Shown here: positions 18,945 through 28,684 of the stretch, piece after piece
Layout of the letters: every line of letters begins with the position of its first letter
Numbering within the stretch: the first letter of the stretch is position 1
Origin: a virus
Lineage: Duplodnaviria; Caudoviricetes
Reading direction: 5' to 3' (one strand)
Length of the DNA stretch: 64,000 bases
Virus record (IMG/VR): IMGVR_UViG_3300035502_001274
Coordinates: 124,842 to 188,841 of that record
Program-made: the position numbers and the translations under genes
The notes under the pieces: model-generated
What the model was told of the DNA's origin: nothing
Databases searched by the model: none
What the model saw: only the letters and a program-made list of their open reading frames with translations

Positions 18945-19937
18945 ATGATTAAATACTGGATCAACGTTCATGACGTATTCACTGACACAGTCTTCAAGTA
19001 TTGCAATGAAGGCTATGGAGACTGGAATAAAGTGACGTGCTGCAACGAACTGGTGCAGCATATGATTGAGGTCCTTAAGAGCCATGGGAAATCGATCAGA
19101 GTTCTGGAGGGCCGTCCTATCAGTGACCCTGAGTTGATCGAATATGCAACTGATAACAGTACGGAGAAGTTGACGCTGCGTCTGGAGAATCAGGCCATTG
19201 TCGAAGATGCTCTGCAGCAGGGCATCGAAGAAGATGCCGTTATTTCCTTCTGCGGCAACTTCATTCCGTTCGTGCTGGACATTGATAAGATCAACAGTTC
19301 GATGATGCGTGAATATACCACCAAAATCGATACGACTGGTGACGACCCCGCTGCCAAGGCTTGGCGTATGCGCAACGATAAGCACAGTGAACCCTTCTGG
19401 CGGGATCATATCATGTTTGACAGTAAGTGGAACTACAAGAAGTCACTGTTGCAGCGACGAGCCCTCATGCATGCGGTCAATTTCTTCAAGCATTCCTGGA
19501 TGTTCGGAATGCCCGAGCTGGGAAAGGTGTATAGAGATGCCAACGGCGAGCCGATCGAGTGGCGAACTGTCAATCTGATCATCGGAAACCGGCTGGATAT
19601 CTATGGCGGCGAAGTGCTCGCTGGCCGTATCGATGCCGATGCTCGAGCAGCCATGAAAGCTGACGGCATTGATGATAGTGCGATGGTCGAAGCTGCCGAA
19701 AACGTCAGGCACGGCCTGAATATCCTGGAGAAACAGTATTGGAATATCCGCGATTATTATGATAACACGGATAAGTCCTATCTTTCCGAAGCCATGGGCT
19801 ATTACCTGACATACTGCGCTATCCAGATTCTGCACTGTGATGACGATGGATATCTTGAGTCGCAGTGCATTGAAGACATTCATAGCGATATCTTCAACAT
19901 GCTGGATACTATGATGGGTCTTACGCATCCGGCGTGA
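18945..19937 (+). CDS. Hypothetical protein
   Basis: 330-aa ORF with GGAGG SD directly after the kinase. Confidence 0.75.
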   Translation: MIKYWINVHDVFTDTVFKYCNEGYGDWNKVTCCNELVQHMIEVLKSHGKSIRVLEGRPISDPELIEYATDNSTEKLTLRLENQAIVEDALQQGIEEDAVISFCGNFIPFVLDIDKINSSMMREYTTKIDTTGDDPAAKAWRMRNDKHSEPFWRDHIMFDSKWNYKKSLLQRRALMHAVNFFKHSWMFGMPELGKVYRDANGEPIEWRTVNLIIGNRLDIYGGEVLAGRIDADARAAMKADGIDDSAMVEAAENVRHGLNILEKQYWNIRDYYDNTDKSYLSEAMGYYLTYCAIQILHCDDDGYLESQCIEDIHSDIFNMLDTMMGLTHPA

Positions 19938-19940
19938 CAT

Positions 19941-19977
19941 AAAAAGAGAATTACCATTTCTGGTAATTCTCTTTTTT
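19941..19977. terminator. Bidirectional terminator
   Basis: AAAAAGAGAATTACCA/TGGTAATTCTCTTTTT. Confidence 0.88.
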
Positions 19978-20298
19978 GGCCCAAGGGTAGTTCGGAAAGC
20001 CAGATATCTTGTGCGATGGGCTTAAGCGGTGCCCTACTACGAGACCCTTCTCCTCTCTGAAGACGGTTTCAAGTAGCCTACGCCTTGTCGATCCGGGCAT
20101 ACAGTAATGGTCACGCCCATTATATCACAGAATTCAGGAGTTGAACCGGCTCCCTCTGGATGTTACTCACATACGACTCTTCCTGATGGAAGTCCCTATG
20201 CTTTCACAACACGTTCCATGATAACGGCACTGTACGTTGGTCCCACTGTCTAGCGGGGCATTTATCCCTGCTGACCGCTAACTTGGCTCGGTAGAGCC
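19941..20298 (-). ncRNA. Putative structured late ncRNA (unclassified)
   Basis: Late promoter at 20299-20311, 5' hairpin GGCTC-tacc-GAGCC, many local stems, no credible ORF, ends in a terminator. Confidence 0.6.
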
Positions 20299-20311
20299 TT
20301 AAGACGTTGTA
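20299..20311 (-). promoter_or_regulatory. Late-type promoter
   Basis: TACA-acgtct-TAA. Confidence 0.65.
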
Positions 20312-20332
20312 AAGTGCCCAAGAAATGACGTT

Positions 20333-20369
20333 AAAGCGCCCTCTGCACTCAAGAACGTGCAGAGGGCTT
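20333..20369 (-). terminator. Terminator of the upstream baseplate operon
   Basis: GCCCTCTGCAC/GTGCAGAGGGC stem. Confidence 0.7.
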
Positions 20370-20454
20370 GTAGGATAGAGAGTTGTGTGTTGAGATTTGA
20401 GGTGGGCTTTATCGATTTTCAAGCTTACACCTTCGTACCCAGCTAAATATATTT

Positions 20455-20931
20455 TTATGAGAAGAGATCGATATTGATGTCGTCATTGCAAGTCTGCTTA
20501 TTGACCACAATATCGGAGATATCCTGCTCATTGTCATCCAGTCGACTTTGCTCCAGAAGACGGATCTCATTGATGACCGTCGTGACGCCCTTACTATAGA
20601 AGCGCACTTTGGAAGTCGGATGAAATTCCAGAGCTGATCTCATCTCGTTGGCATATAGCACAAGATACCAATATTCAGGCTGACCATAAAGGTCATATGA
20701 AAATAGCCGTGGATTATATGCGTAGTAATCCTGCTCCCGCTGCGTTAATGCCACCGAGACCAGATAAGCATTGAGCTCATTCTGGTACTTACTCAAAACC
20801 GTTTCATCGGTTAGAATCACAGCCAGGCTTCCATCAGAGATGGCCAACTTGGTAGTGAATGCATCAACGGTATTGGCTTCATTGCGAAACTGGGAAATCC
20901 ACTGCTCGAGGGTATAGGCACTGGTAGTCAT
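20455..20931 (-). CDS. Baseplate wedge protein (T4 gp53-like, LysM-like)
   Basis: YNPRLFSYDLYGQPEYWYLVLYAN matches the gp53-type pattern. Confidence 0.7.
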   Translation of the reverse strand: MTTSAYTLEQWISQFRNEANTVDAFTTKLAISDGSLAVILTDETVLSKYQNELNAYLVSVALTQREQDYYAYNPRLFSYDLYGQPEYWYLVLYANEMRSALEFHPTSKVRFYSKGVTTVINEIRLLEQSRLDDNEQDISDIVVNKQTCNDDINIDLFS

Positions 20932-20939
20932 CTACAAAT

Positions 20940-21356
20940 TCATCCTTTCTTCGAGGCATTGGAGGACGATGTAGAATTGTCAATGGTATTGGTGATGCGT
21001 AGATTATCCAAATTCTCATGGAGTACTTCCACTTCTAGCTTCATATCATGCGTCTTGTAAGCATGAGCGAAGCTGCAGTTATCGGGCCGAGTTGCCACGA
21101 TATAGTTGCGCTCCTTGATGGACTTCTGCACGACAGGTTTGCAGCTCTTCTCGTTCGCAAACATCGCCGAACTGAGAACCACTGTCGTTTCTTTGGGATA
21201 ATCCTTGGTGATGAGAGGCATGATCTTGGGAACGTAAAGTTTCCACTCCGAGGCTTCCGTGCTACTGGTGGTCTTTGCATCCTTCTCCAGGTTATAGGCA
21301 ATCTCGGTGTCATTGAGTGACCATGACTTTAGATTACCGATGGATTGACCAGCCAT
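20940..21356 (-). CDS. Putative baseplate/structural protein
   Basis: GGAGGTG SD; KLYVPKIMP motif; next to the gp53-like gene. Confidence 0.5.
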   Translation of the reverse strand: MAGQSIGNLKSWSLNDTEIAYNLEKDAKTTSSTEASEWKLYVPKIMPLITKDYPKETTVVLSSAMFANEKSCKPVVQKSIKERNYIVATRPDNCSFAHAYKTHDMKLEVEVLHENLDNLRITNTIDNSTSSSNASKKG

Positions 21357-24300
21357 AATTCAGCACCTCCACTTCATGTAACTCTTGTGTGGCAGAGTGA
21401 TACTCCGTATGAATGATCTTGCCCTCTTCCAGCACACGACGTACGATGTCATCAACCTTCATCTGCTTGATAAAGTCAGGATTCATCATGCTGTTGGGAA
21501 CCATGAAAGCGCCCACTTCGACATTGCGCTTGGCTCTCATCAGGTCTTGATCGGTTGTATTGACGTCTTTCAGCATCCAGTACGTACAGGCAGATACCGC
21601 ATCGTTGATATCCAGGACGTAGTAGAGGTTATTGCACTCATACTGCAGTCCAAACTCGGGATACAGGGCGCCATCTCTGAAGGGAATGAACACCATCGGA
21701 TGGCATCCATTCACATAAGTATCGCCATTCAGACAAAGCATGACTGTGAAGGGCTCATATTGTCGGGCTGCCTGCATGATGTACGCGGCTCTATCCCAGT
21801 CACGAGTATCGGCTCCATGACGGTCACACCTAGCACAAGCCAGCTGGATCGAGAGCTGGTAGATGTGATTCAGCTCGTCCATCTCTCTGACGTCCTCGAT
21901 GAGCTCGTACTGATGCGAGTCGACGTTCATATTGAAGGACTCCAGAGCATCTTCTTCCGTGTAGATCTGGTTGAGTGTCCTCACGTTGGGGTCAAACTTG
22001 ATCTTGGTGAGACTGCCCTGCTTGTAGATCCGAGTGAAGAAGTCATAGGCGTTCTCATCATATCTGCCGTAGTAAGACTGGGCTCTAATGAGCTCAATTT
22101 TCGTAACGGGCTTATTCCCACGGAGTTGATTGACGATGAAACTCACAATCTCGTCCAGGGACTTGGCGGTATAGACACCAGCCACCTTCTTCATGAAGGA
22201 TTCGGGATAGATATAGCGGTCGCCATCTTCCACGATGACAAATCCATGGCTGGTATTGATCTCAGGTAGTCTTAACACGAAGGGCTCCGGCAGAATGGCG
22301 TGAGATCTCAGATAGAGATCTTCAAAGGCCATGTAGTCGAAGCAAATGCCGCCCTTGTACTTGCCAAACTTACCAGGAGAGATGGAGGTGTAGTATTTGC
22401 TAACCTCTTCATCGGTGGGATTGACCGTGTACTTACCTTCCTTCACGATGCCATATCCGTAATCATTGAGACGCTTATTCATCTCAAGGATTGTATGATA
22501 CAGCTCATCGACGGCAACACTCTCAGTGGCAGGTGCTGCTTCAGCGTCTTCACCAAATTCAGCAGCAGTGATGGCGGTATCAAACATCTTGCCAGACCAC
22601 TCCAGAATCTTCTGCATACGGTCGGACAAATTCGCTTTCTTGCTCTTCATCTTGACCGTCCAGATATCCACTGCGTCAGTCTGGCCAATACGATGAATAC
22701 GGTCAGATGCCTGCTCAAAGTCGGTACTGCGCCAAGGCGTTCCAAAGAAGAACATCTGAGATGCCTCTGTCAAAGTCACGCCAACGCCCATGCACCAGGA
22801 AGTTGCTACCAAGACCAGAACGTTGGGATCTTCTCTGAAACGAGTCAGCGTTTCCAGACGGTTCTTGGTATCACCACTGATGGTAACAGCGCCAATGCCA
22901 AAATCGTTCAGGTCTTTGGAGATATATTTCACCACGGGAACCATCGTCGAGAAGATGATGGTCTTTTTACCCCGATTACGGATCCGCTCGTAGATGTCCT
23001 GCTTATTCTCCTCATAGAGCTTGATGAACATCTCAGTTCTTCTCTTGGGGAGAATGGAGCCAGCTGCCTTACCCATATCCCGTTTAGCAGCCGTGATGAA
23101 CTCGTTCTGCAGTTTCAGCAAGCTATCGGCAGTGGTTGCCGGGCAGTTCGAGTTGGGCCTGATGTAGGTATCAATGAACTCTTTATATTCCTGGATTGCG
23201 ACCTCATGGAAGTCGTTGTTATCACCACCGCGCAGAGAATCTGCGCTGGTCGTGACCCAGGAGATATATCCATTGCACATCCGCTTATCGCAGAGTGCAT
23301 ATTGATGAATCAAGTTAGAGAATCCCTGGATCGCCGGCTGAGATGACTTCATCCACTGCGCATGACGCTGTTTGAAGTCGTCCACGATCTCTTGATGAAC
23401 CACGTCGAGGTAGTATCTGTCTTCATTGGAGATTGCATACTCTAGCGTATCAGAGTGCTTGGGAGGCAGATCCACATTGACATCGGCCGGTCTGTAAATC
23501 ACCATGCCAAATCTCTTGGATACCAGACTCATAGCCATGGTATTGGAGAGGTCGAAGCAATGGGCATACATATTGGCTGCTTCATCGGTGAAGGTAGGAT
23601 CGATGATGCGCAAGACCGGTGTAATCTCAGCGGGAGCCGCCTTGATGGGCGTAGCGGAGACACACAGGACATTGCGAGAGCCAATCTTGTCACAAAGATC
23701 AAAAAGCTCTTTGGATCTTCCGCCATTGAAGTTGCGGAAGTTATGGCACTCATCCAGGATAAAGACAGAGTCGGAATCTTTGCTGACGATTGGAAGCATT
23801 AGTTTGATATTCTCGTTATTGGTGATGATGAAACGAGCTGTATCAGGATTGCCATACTTGGTGCCCAGAATACAGACGTCCCTCATCCAGGTCGCCTCGT
23901 TATCATACTTGGCGTAATACTTCTTGATCTCCAGTGCCCAGTTATCCTTCAGGTTATTGGGGCACACGATGTAGACCTTACGGGCACTCAGACACTCTGC
24001 CAGGCCAATGGCCGTCAGAGTCTTACCTTTACCCGGCTTGAATGCCAGCACATAACCATTGGTATTCAGCTGGTTCTTCAGCTGCGGCCACGCCTTGATG
24101 AACTTGACCTGATGCTCCATAAGCTCGATCCGCAGGTTCTTCAGAGGAGTAGTATCCAATTCAGGCACAGTCACGGCATCGGCCTTGCTCAGCCAGGATG
24201 CATCATAGATCAGACCAGCAATGCGCTTATATGACGCATCATGGTAATGATCGCCCAGCTCGTTGAAGAGGTCAACCAGCTCCAGGCAGAAGAAGACAGG

Positions 24301-25842
24301 TGCATACACGTAATCGATCTTCATGTCACCCTTGCCAATCCGTTTCTTCTGGTAGAGCTTATAAGACCGATCGTTGTATTTATACTCGAAGATGTACTTG
24401 AGCTTGGCTTCGCTATACTTCTCCTTGATACGATAGAGGAGCAGATTGCAGTTGATGCCCTTGATGACGATATTGCCATTCTCCACAGTGACCTTGGTGA
24501 AGGTCTTGGCAACCTTATCACCGAAGATCTTGGTATTGAAGAGGCGGTCTCTCCACTTGCCATACTGGAGGGCAGCTCTACCGTCAATCTTATCGGTATC
24601 GATGTTATCCGAAAAATCAAAGAAGCCCTCCATGGCAGGAAGCTTCTCATTATCCAGGTTAAAGATGCTGAAACACTCTTCAGCAGATGCGGTCGTTGCG
24701 GGTTCAGCGTAAGGTCCCAATTTGTAAAAGAGCATCGGATTTACCCCAACGATCTCCGACTCCTGATCGTCCTCATCATCGGAATTATCGTCTGACGGAG
24801 CAGGGTCTGGGTCATCATACACGTCCTCAATACGGAACGTGCCGTCTGCCTCTTCCTTGATGTTATCCCGCTCGATGATCTCTTGCAGAATGGGAAAGAG
24901 TTCCGGATCTTTCAGGTCTTCAGCAGACTCGGTGGCCTTTACGGGCTTCCTTTTTACCACAGATTTCTCGGAATACTTGTAAATGTATTGATCGAGAATC
25001 TTCAGGCAGTCATCAGGGATATAGTCCCGATACAGAGAGGTCAGTAAGGACCGAGAGATATACTTGATGGGCCGTTTCTCGCCGGTCTGATGCTGCTCTG
25101 CAATGTCGGAGAAGATCTGAAAGAAGACATAGTAGTCCTGCTCGTAGATCTTGCAGAAGTTCACCGCAGGATTGCGAATCATGGCGATGTCTTTGCAGGC
25201 ATCTTTCACGACGTCAATCATCAGATTGGCAGCCCGCTGGTTATTGGAGGCCTTCAGCTCAACCTCCAGATTACAGGACGGAATCCAGAAGTCCGGTACG
25301 TATGAATGAATGCCTTCATGCTCCTTATCGTTCTCATTGGTATAGTAGTATTCGTAACGATTGGGAGAGGGAGACATGATATCAGCGCTGGGAAATCTGA
25401 AGAACTGATCGAGCATTACCAAGAATGCTTTCTCCAGAGCGCCCATAAACTGGACTTTGCCACCATCCTGGAACGTATATTCTCCAGAGATGCGTCTGCC
25501 AGTCAGCATCCGCTCTCTGTATTTAGGATCCTCCAACAGATTGGCCTTTCCGTAACGAGCACGCATTGCCGCCATAAACCGATTACGGAATTTATCGGCG
25601 CATTCTTTGGATCCACACATCTTGGAATATGCACCGGTGGTTTCATTCCAAGGTGTTTCTCCGCCGCATTCTCTGCACCTTCCTCTGGATTTGCCAGTAT
25701 GCACAAAGTAGGCATAGCGAAGATCGGACCAGTCTTCGGGGATGGTCCCAGGGTGTTCTTTTCTCATATGGTTTCCAAAAGTGCCCACCTCTTTATAGGT
25801 TTTGCCACAGATGGGGCACTTCAATGAAGGGAACTTCTTCAA
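21334..25842 (-). CDS. Multidomain protein: zinc fingers, PD-(D/E)XK nuclease, SNF2-family helicase, Cys-His (transglutaminase/papain-like) domains
   Basis: TTG start at 25842 after AAAGGAGG; CPIC..HMRKEH; YVPDF..EVELK; PGKGKT, DECH, SATP, QASDRIHRIGQ; GGICFDY...SHGF. Confidence 0.85.
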   Translation of the reverse strand: MKKFPSLKCPICGKTYKEVGTFGNHMRKEHPGTIPEDWSDLRYAYFVHTGKSRGRCRECGGETPWNETTGAYSKMCGSKECADKFRNRFMAAMRARYGKANLLEDPKYRERMLTGRRISGEYTFQDGGKVQFMGALEKAFLVMLDQFFRFPSADIMSPSPNRYEYYYTNENDKEHEGIHSYVPDFWIPSCNLEVELKASNNQRAANLMIDVVKDACKDIAMIRNPAVNFCKIYEQDYYVFFQIFSDIAEQHQTGEKRPIKYISRSLLTSLYRDYIPDDCLKILDQYIYKYSEKSVVKRKPVKATESAEDLKDPELFPILQEIIERDNIKEEADGTFRIEDVYDDPDPAPSDDNSDDEDDQESEIVGVNPMLFYKLGPYAEPATTASAEECFSIFNLDNEKLPAMEGFFDFSDNIDTDKIDGRAALQYGKWRDRLFNTKIFGDKVAKTFTKVTVENGNIVIKGINCNLLLYRIKEKYSEAKLKYIFEYKYNDRSYKLYQKKRIGKGDMKIDYVYAPVFFCLELVDLFNELGDHYHDASYKRIAGLIYDASWLSKADAVTVPELDTTPLKNLRIELMEHQVKFIKAWPQLKNQLNTNGYVLAFKPGKGKTLTAIGLAECLSARKVYIVCPNNLKDNWALEIKKYYAKYDNEATWMRDVCILGTKYGNPDTARFIITNNENIKLMLPIVSKDSDSVFILDECHNFRNFNGGRSKELFDLCDKIGSRNVLCVSATPIKAAPAEITPVLRIIDPTFTDEAANMYAHCFDLSNTMAMSLVSKRFGMVIYRPADVNVDLPPKHSDTLEYAISNEDRYYLDVVHQEIVDDFKQRHAQWMKSSQPAIQGFSNLIHQYALCDKRMCNGYISWVTTSADSLRGGDNNDFHEVAIQEYKEFIDTYIRPNSNCPATTADSLLKLQNEFITAAKRDMGKAAGSILPKRRTEMFIKLYEENKQDIYERIRNRGKKTIIFSTMVPVVKYISKDLNDFGIGAVTISGDTKNRLETLTRFREDPNVLVLVATSWCMGVGVTLTEASQMFFFGTPWRSTDFEQASDRIHRIGQTDAVDIWTVKMKSKKANLSDRMQKILEWSGKMFDTAITAAEFGEDAEAAPATESVAVDELYHTILEMNKRLNDYGYGIVKEGKYTVNPTDEEVSKYYTSISPGKFGKYKGGICFDYMAFEDLYLRSHAILPEPFVLRLPEINTSHGFVIVEDGDRYIYPESFMKKVAGVYTAKSLDEIVSFIVNQLRGNKPVTKIELIRAQSYYGRYDENAYDFFTRIYKQGSLTKIKFDPNVRTLNQIYTEEDALESFNMNVDSHQYELIEDVREMDELNHIYQLSIQLACARCDRHGADTRDWDRAAYIMQAARQYEPFTVMLCLNGDTYVNGCHPMVFIPFRDGALYPEFGLQYECNNLYYVLDINDAVSACTYWMLKDVNTTDQDLMRAKRNVEVGAFMVPNSMMNPDFIKQMKVDDIVRRVLEEGKIIHTEYHSATQELHEVEVLNYGWSIHR

Positions 25843-25903
25843 CGGAAGCCCTCCTTTCAATGAAAGATTATGTTGTTTTAGATTATGGAAAGGTTCGGGG
25901 CCT

Positions 25904-25950
25904 AAAAGCAGTGGTATGGCGAACATACGTCGTTCTACCATACCACTGCT
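25904..25950 (-). terminator. Intrinsic terminator
   Basis: AGCAGTGGTATGG/CCATACCACTGCT plus T run on the minus strand. Confidence 0.75.
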
Positions 25951-25958
25951 CACGCACA

Positions 25959-26276
25959 TCATTTTCCGGATCCGTAAACATCAACGACTCCACAACGGTG
26001 AGGAGGATACACGCAATAGCATATACGAACTTCTGATGTTGGACCTACAGCGACCCAGTCGATCGTCCCCGAGGTAAGCATCAGGCCTCCGTTGTAAAAT
26101 GCCTCTAAGGTGGCACCGCCTGCCGATCGGGTCTTGATCGATACATTAGCGCCATTCTTATTGCTGCCAACCACCGTTGCCGTTACTGAGGGCGTTCCAG
26201 AAAAAGGGCCAAATGTGATCTTGGCGGTATTGCTACCGTTCAAGGTGATCTTTCCATAACAGACCCTTGTAGCCAT
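25959..26276 (-). CDS. Small beta-rich fibre/lectin-like protein
   Basis: ITFGPFSGTPSVTAT...IDWVAVG pattern typical of fibre C-terminal (H-type lectin-like) domains. Confidence 0.6.
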   Translation of the reverse strand: MATRVCYGKITLNGSNTAKITFGPFSGTPSVTATVVGSNKNGANVSIKTRSAGGATLEAFYNGGLMLTSGTIDWVAVGPTSEVRICYCVYPPHRCGVVDVYGSGK

Positions 26277-26287
26277 ACAAAATCACC

Positions 26288-27196
26288 TCACTTTTCAAAG
26301 AGCTTGGTAACCAAGACCCTTCTATTGAGGATGTATTCTGTGGCCAATCTGTACACGAAGTAGATCATGTTCACATATAGTGCCAACATTCTGTTGAGAT
26401 TCCTCTGATATTTTAAGATCGTTGCTTTATCCTGATCAGAGAAGTTATTGCTTCGCATCAGATTCTGCGCACTGCTCTGAACGGATTTGGCCAATCTTTC
26501 AGCCGAATTGATATTCTGGCTATAGGAGGTCTTCGTTTTCGTAAAGCTGCGAATCTCGTTGACGTATTGATTGACCATGTCTCCTCTATAAGTCTTCTGG
26601 CTCTTCTTGCCTCTAAATTGAGTCCTCAAGTGACCCATAAACTCATGAGGAGTTTCAATGCTGGAAGGAGCACCCATCGCAGAGATCAATGCTTTATCTA
26701 ATGCTTTGCCGCTTTGGGTGATAAGTGCATCACTGGGGATATTCTGCCAGTTATTCAGATAACCAGCATTGCGGGTAATGACTGCTCTCAGCTGGGTCAG
26801 TTTATTGATCAGATATTGGTCGGCATTGTGGCCGTAACTCCAGTTGATCAATGTCACCTGATCGAGCTGTTTGTATTGATTCTGGTAGTTCCCAAACTCC
26901 TCCAGGAACTTTTCATTGCTAGTCCAGGTGTTATTGAGCACCTTCAGGGTAGAAGCATGACGATTCTGAATCATCTTCAGGATCTTCTCCCCTTCATTGG
27001 TGGCTTTCTCAACGTTATCCTGGGTTTCATTAACGGCGCTCGTAGTCATTGTATTATTGGCCTGGTCTGTCTTCTCCGACTGCGCTGCTGACTGCGTCAT
27101 AGAGACTTCCATCGCACGTTCAACCGGATCGTCAAACTGATTCAGGTCATAATCTTGCGCCTCTAAGGCTTCACGGAAGCTAAGTCCGTAATTCAT
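26288..27196 (-). CDS. Putative inner-head protein
   Basis: Late promoter; EALEA and RAMEV A-x-E motifs near the N-terminus. Confidence 0.6.
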   Translation of the reverse strand: MNYGLSFREALEAQDYDLNQFDDPVERAMEVSMTQSAAQSEKTDQANNTMTTSAVNETQDNVEKATNEGEKILKMIQNRHASTLKVLNNTWTSNEKFLEEFGNYQNQYKQLDQVTLINWSYGHNADQYLINKLTQLRAVITRNAGYLNNWQNIPSDALITQSGKALDKALISAMGAPSSIETPHEFMGHLRTQFRGKKSQKTYRGDMVNQYVNEIRSFTKTKTSYSQNINSAERLAKSVQSSAQNLMRSNNFSDQDKATILKYQRNLNRMLALYVNMIYFVYRLATEYILNRRVLVTKLFEK

Positions 27197-27220
27197 AAGG
27201 CTTTTCACCGCCTTTCAAGG

Positions 27221-27233
27221 TTACAGGGATGTT
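27221..27233 (-). promoter_or_regulatory. Late-type promoter
   Basis: AACA-tccctg-TAA. Confidence 0.7.
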
Positions 27234-27255
27234 AAAATGACCCAATTTTCACAGA

Positions 27256-27270
27256 GATATCATTCTTGTG
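27256..27270 (+). promoter_or_regulatory. Early-type promoter
   Basis: GATATCAT-tctt-GTG. Confidence 0.65.
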
Positions 27271-27360
27271 AGATGTGAGAGGGTAAACTAACCGTTAACT
27301 GCTTTCACATTGCACCTCGATATCACTCGAGGTATCAAACGTAAAGTGAGGTATAAATCA

Positions 27361-28539
27361 ATGAGCGAAGAACACATCAACGCGGCATTGTCTGCCACTG
27401 GACTCAAAGTGTCCGTCATTGGCATTGGCAATGCAGGTGGCCAGGTAGCGTTGGCCGCCGCCAAGAAGAGCATCCCGGTATTCGTCATGAATACCAGCGT
27501 CAAAGACCTTGACGACAAGGTCCTCTCTGGTCCCATCAAGTGCTACCAGATTGGTGATGGTCGTGGATCCGGGAAGAACCGCGACAATGCCATGGAGCTG
27601 CTGAAGACCAACGGGAATTCCAGCATCAAGGATATCTTTGTAAACCCGTACTTCAAGCAGACGGTGGAGCCTGCTGACATCGTCTTCGTGACGTTCAGCA
27701 CCGCTGGCGGCACTGGGTCTGGTATTGGGCCTACCATGGCTCGTATGATTCACCAGGCCTACAAGAATAAGGTGGTCATTCCCTACGGTATTCTGCCCAA
27801 GAATGTGGAGAGCGTCATGGGCCAGTCCAACACCATCGCCTGTGTGGATGACATGACCGCCTGTGGCACGCCCTATATGCTCTCTGACCTGTCCTTCTAT
27901 GAGAACGAGTCCCAGGAGGTCTCCTTCAAGAAGATTGGCGAGTATATGGCAGAAACCATGTGTGTCATTCGGGGTGATTACCTGAAGATGTCTGCCAGCG
28001 GCATGGCCGATGAGCGTGACATGCTCACGATCATCTCTGAACCGGGCTATATGACGGTCCACATGAAGGATGGCATCACCGAGCAGATGCTCTCTGGGAA
28101 GACCTTGCAGGGCTATCTGGTGGACGAAGTGAAGTCATCTCCCGCCTGCCGCATTCAGCGCGATGGCCTGCTCCAGTACAGCCTGCTGATCAGCAACGTC
28201 AATTCATCTGTCTCCGATCCCATGAAGATTGGTGACTATCAGGAGTTGTACGACTTCATTGGCGAGCCTAAGGCTACCTACGCCAACTACGCTGTGGACG
28301 ATAGCCAGACCGAGTTCCAGGTCATCTCCATCACATCCGGGCTTACCATCCCCATGGATCGGTTCACCACTGCCCGGGCCAAGATCAAGCAGCATAAGGA
28401 CAAGTTCGAGAGCAAGAGTGCCCTCAATCTGAGCGACGATCGTGAGAAGTTCGGCGTCAAAGGCAATGACGACACCAAGAACATCATCATGGGCTCTCAG
28501 AAGAAGTCCGAAGCGGATCTGAGCTTCCTGGATGACTGA
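27361..28539 (+). CDS. Phage tubulin/FtsZ-family GTPase (PhuZ/TubZ-like)
   Basis: GIGNAGGQ, GSGKNR and AGGTGSG tubulin signature; acidic-hydrophobic tail DLSFLDD. Confidence 0.92.
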   Translation: MSEEHINAALSATGLKVSVIGIGNAGGQVALAAAKKSIPVFVMNTSVKDLDDKVLSGPIKCYQIGDGRGSGKNRDNAMELLKTNGNSSIKDIFVNPYFKQTVEPADIVFVTFSTAGGTGSGIGPTMARMIHQAYKNKVVIPYGILPKNVESVMGQSNTIACVDDMTACGTPYMLSDLSFYENESQEVSFKKIGEYMAETMCVIRGDYLKMSASGMADERDMLTIISEPGYMTVHMKDGITEQMLSGKTLQGYLVDEVKSSPACRIQRDGLLQYSLLISNVNSSVSDPMKIGDYQELYDFIGEPKATYANYAVDDSQTEFQVISITSGLTIPMDRFTTARAKIKQHKDKFESKSALNLSDDREKFGVKGNDDTKNIIMGSQKKSEADLSFLDD

Positions 28540-28550
28540 TTCCAGGACCA

Positions 28551-28565
28551 GATATCATTTTCATA
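28551..28565 (+). promoter_or_regulatory. Early-type promoter
   Basis: GATATCAT-tttc-ATA. Confidence 0.55.
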
Positions 28566-28684
28566 GCAATATCCCACTCTGGAAGAAAAGTTACATGCGC
28601 CCTAACTGGCTTGTAACTGGTCGGACAGAGTGGGCTTTTGTCCCCCCCCCTTATGTAACGATTAGAAAGGAAGTGTAACGTACT

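Noticed and set aside
19980-20030. RNase P RNA or group I intron suggested by ACAAGATATCTGGCTT
   Set aside because: No GAAAGTCC P4 partner, no P7 pairing, and no interrupted gene
20130-20160. tRNA or tmRNA suggested by GGTTCAACTCC
   Set aside because: No acceptor stem, anticodon arm or CCA end; no tag reading frame seen
25843-25962. 40-aa N-terminal extension of the 1542-aa ORF in the track
   Set aside because: Overlaps a terminator; the SD AAAGGAGG supports the TTG at 25842 instead
28642-28650. C9 homopolymer as a phase-variation switch
   Set aside because: Lies in an untranslated leader, not in a CDS or promoter spacer; no read data to show length variation
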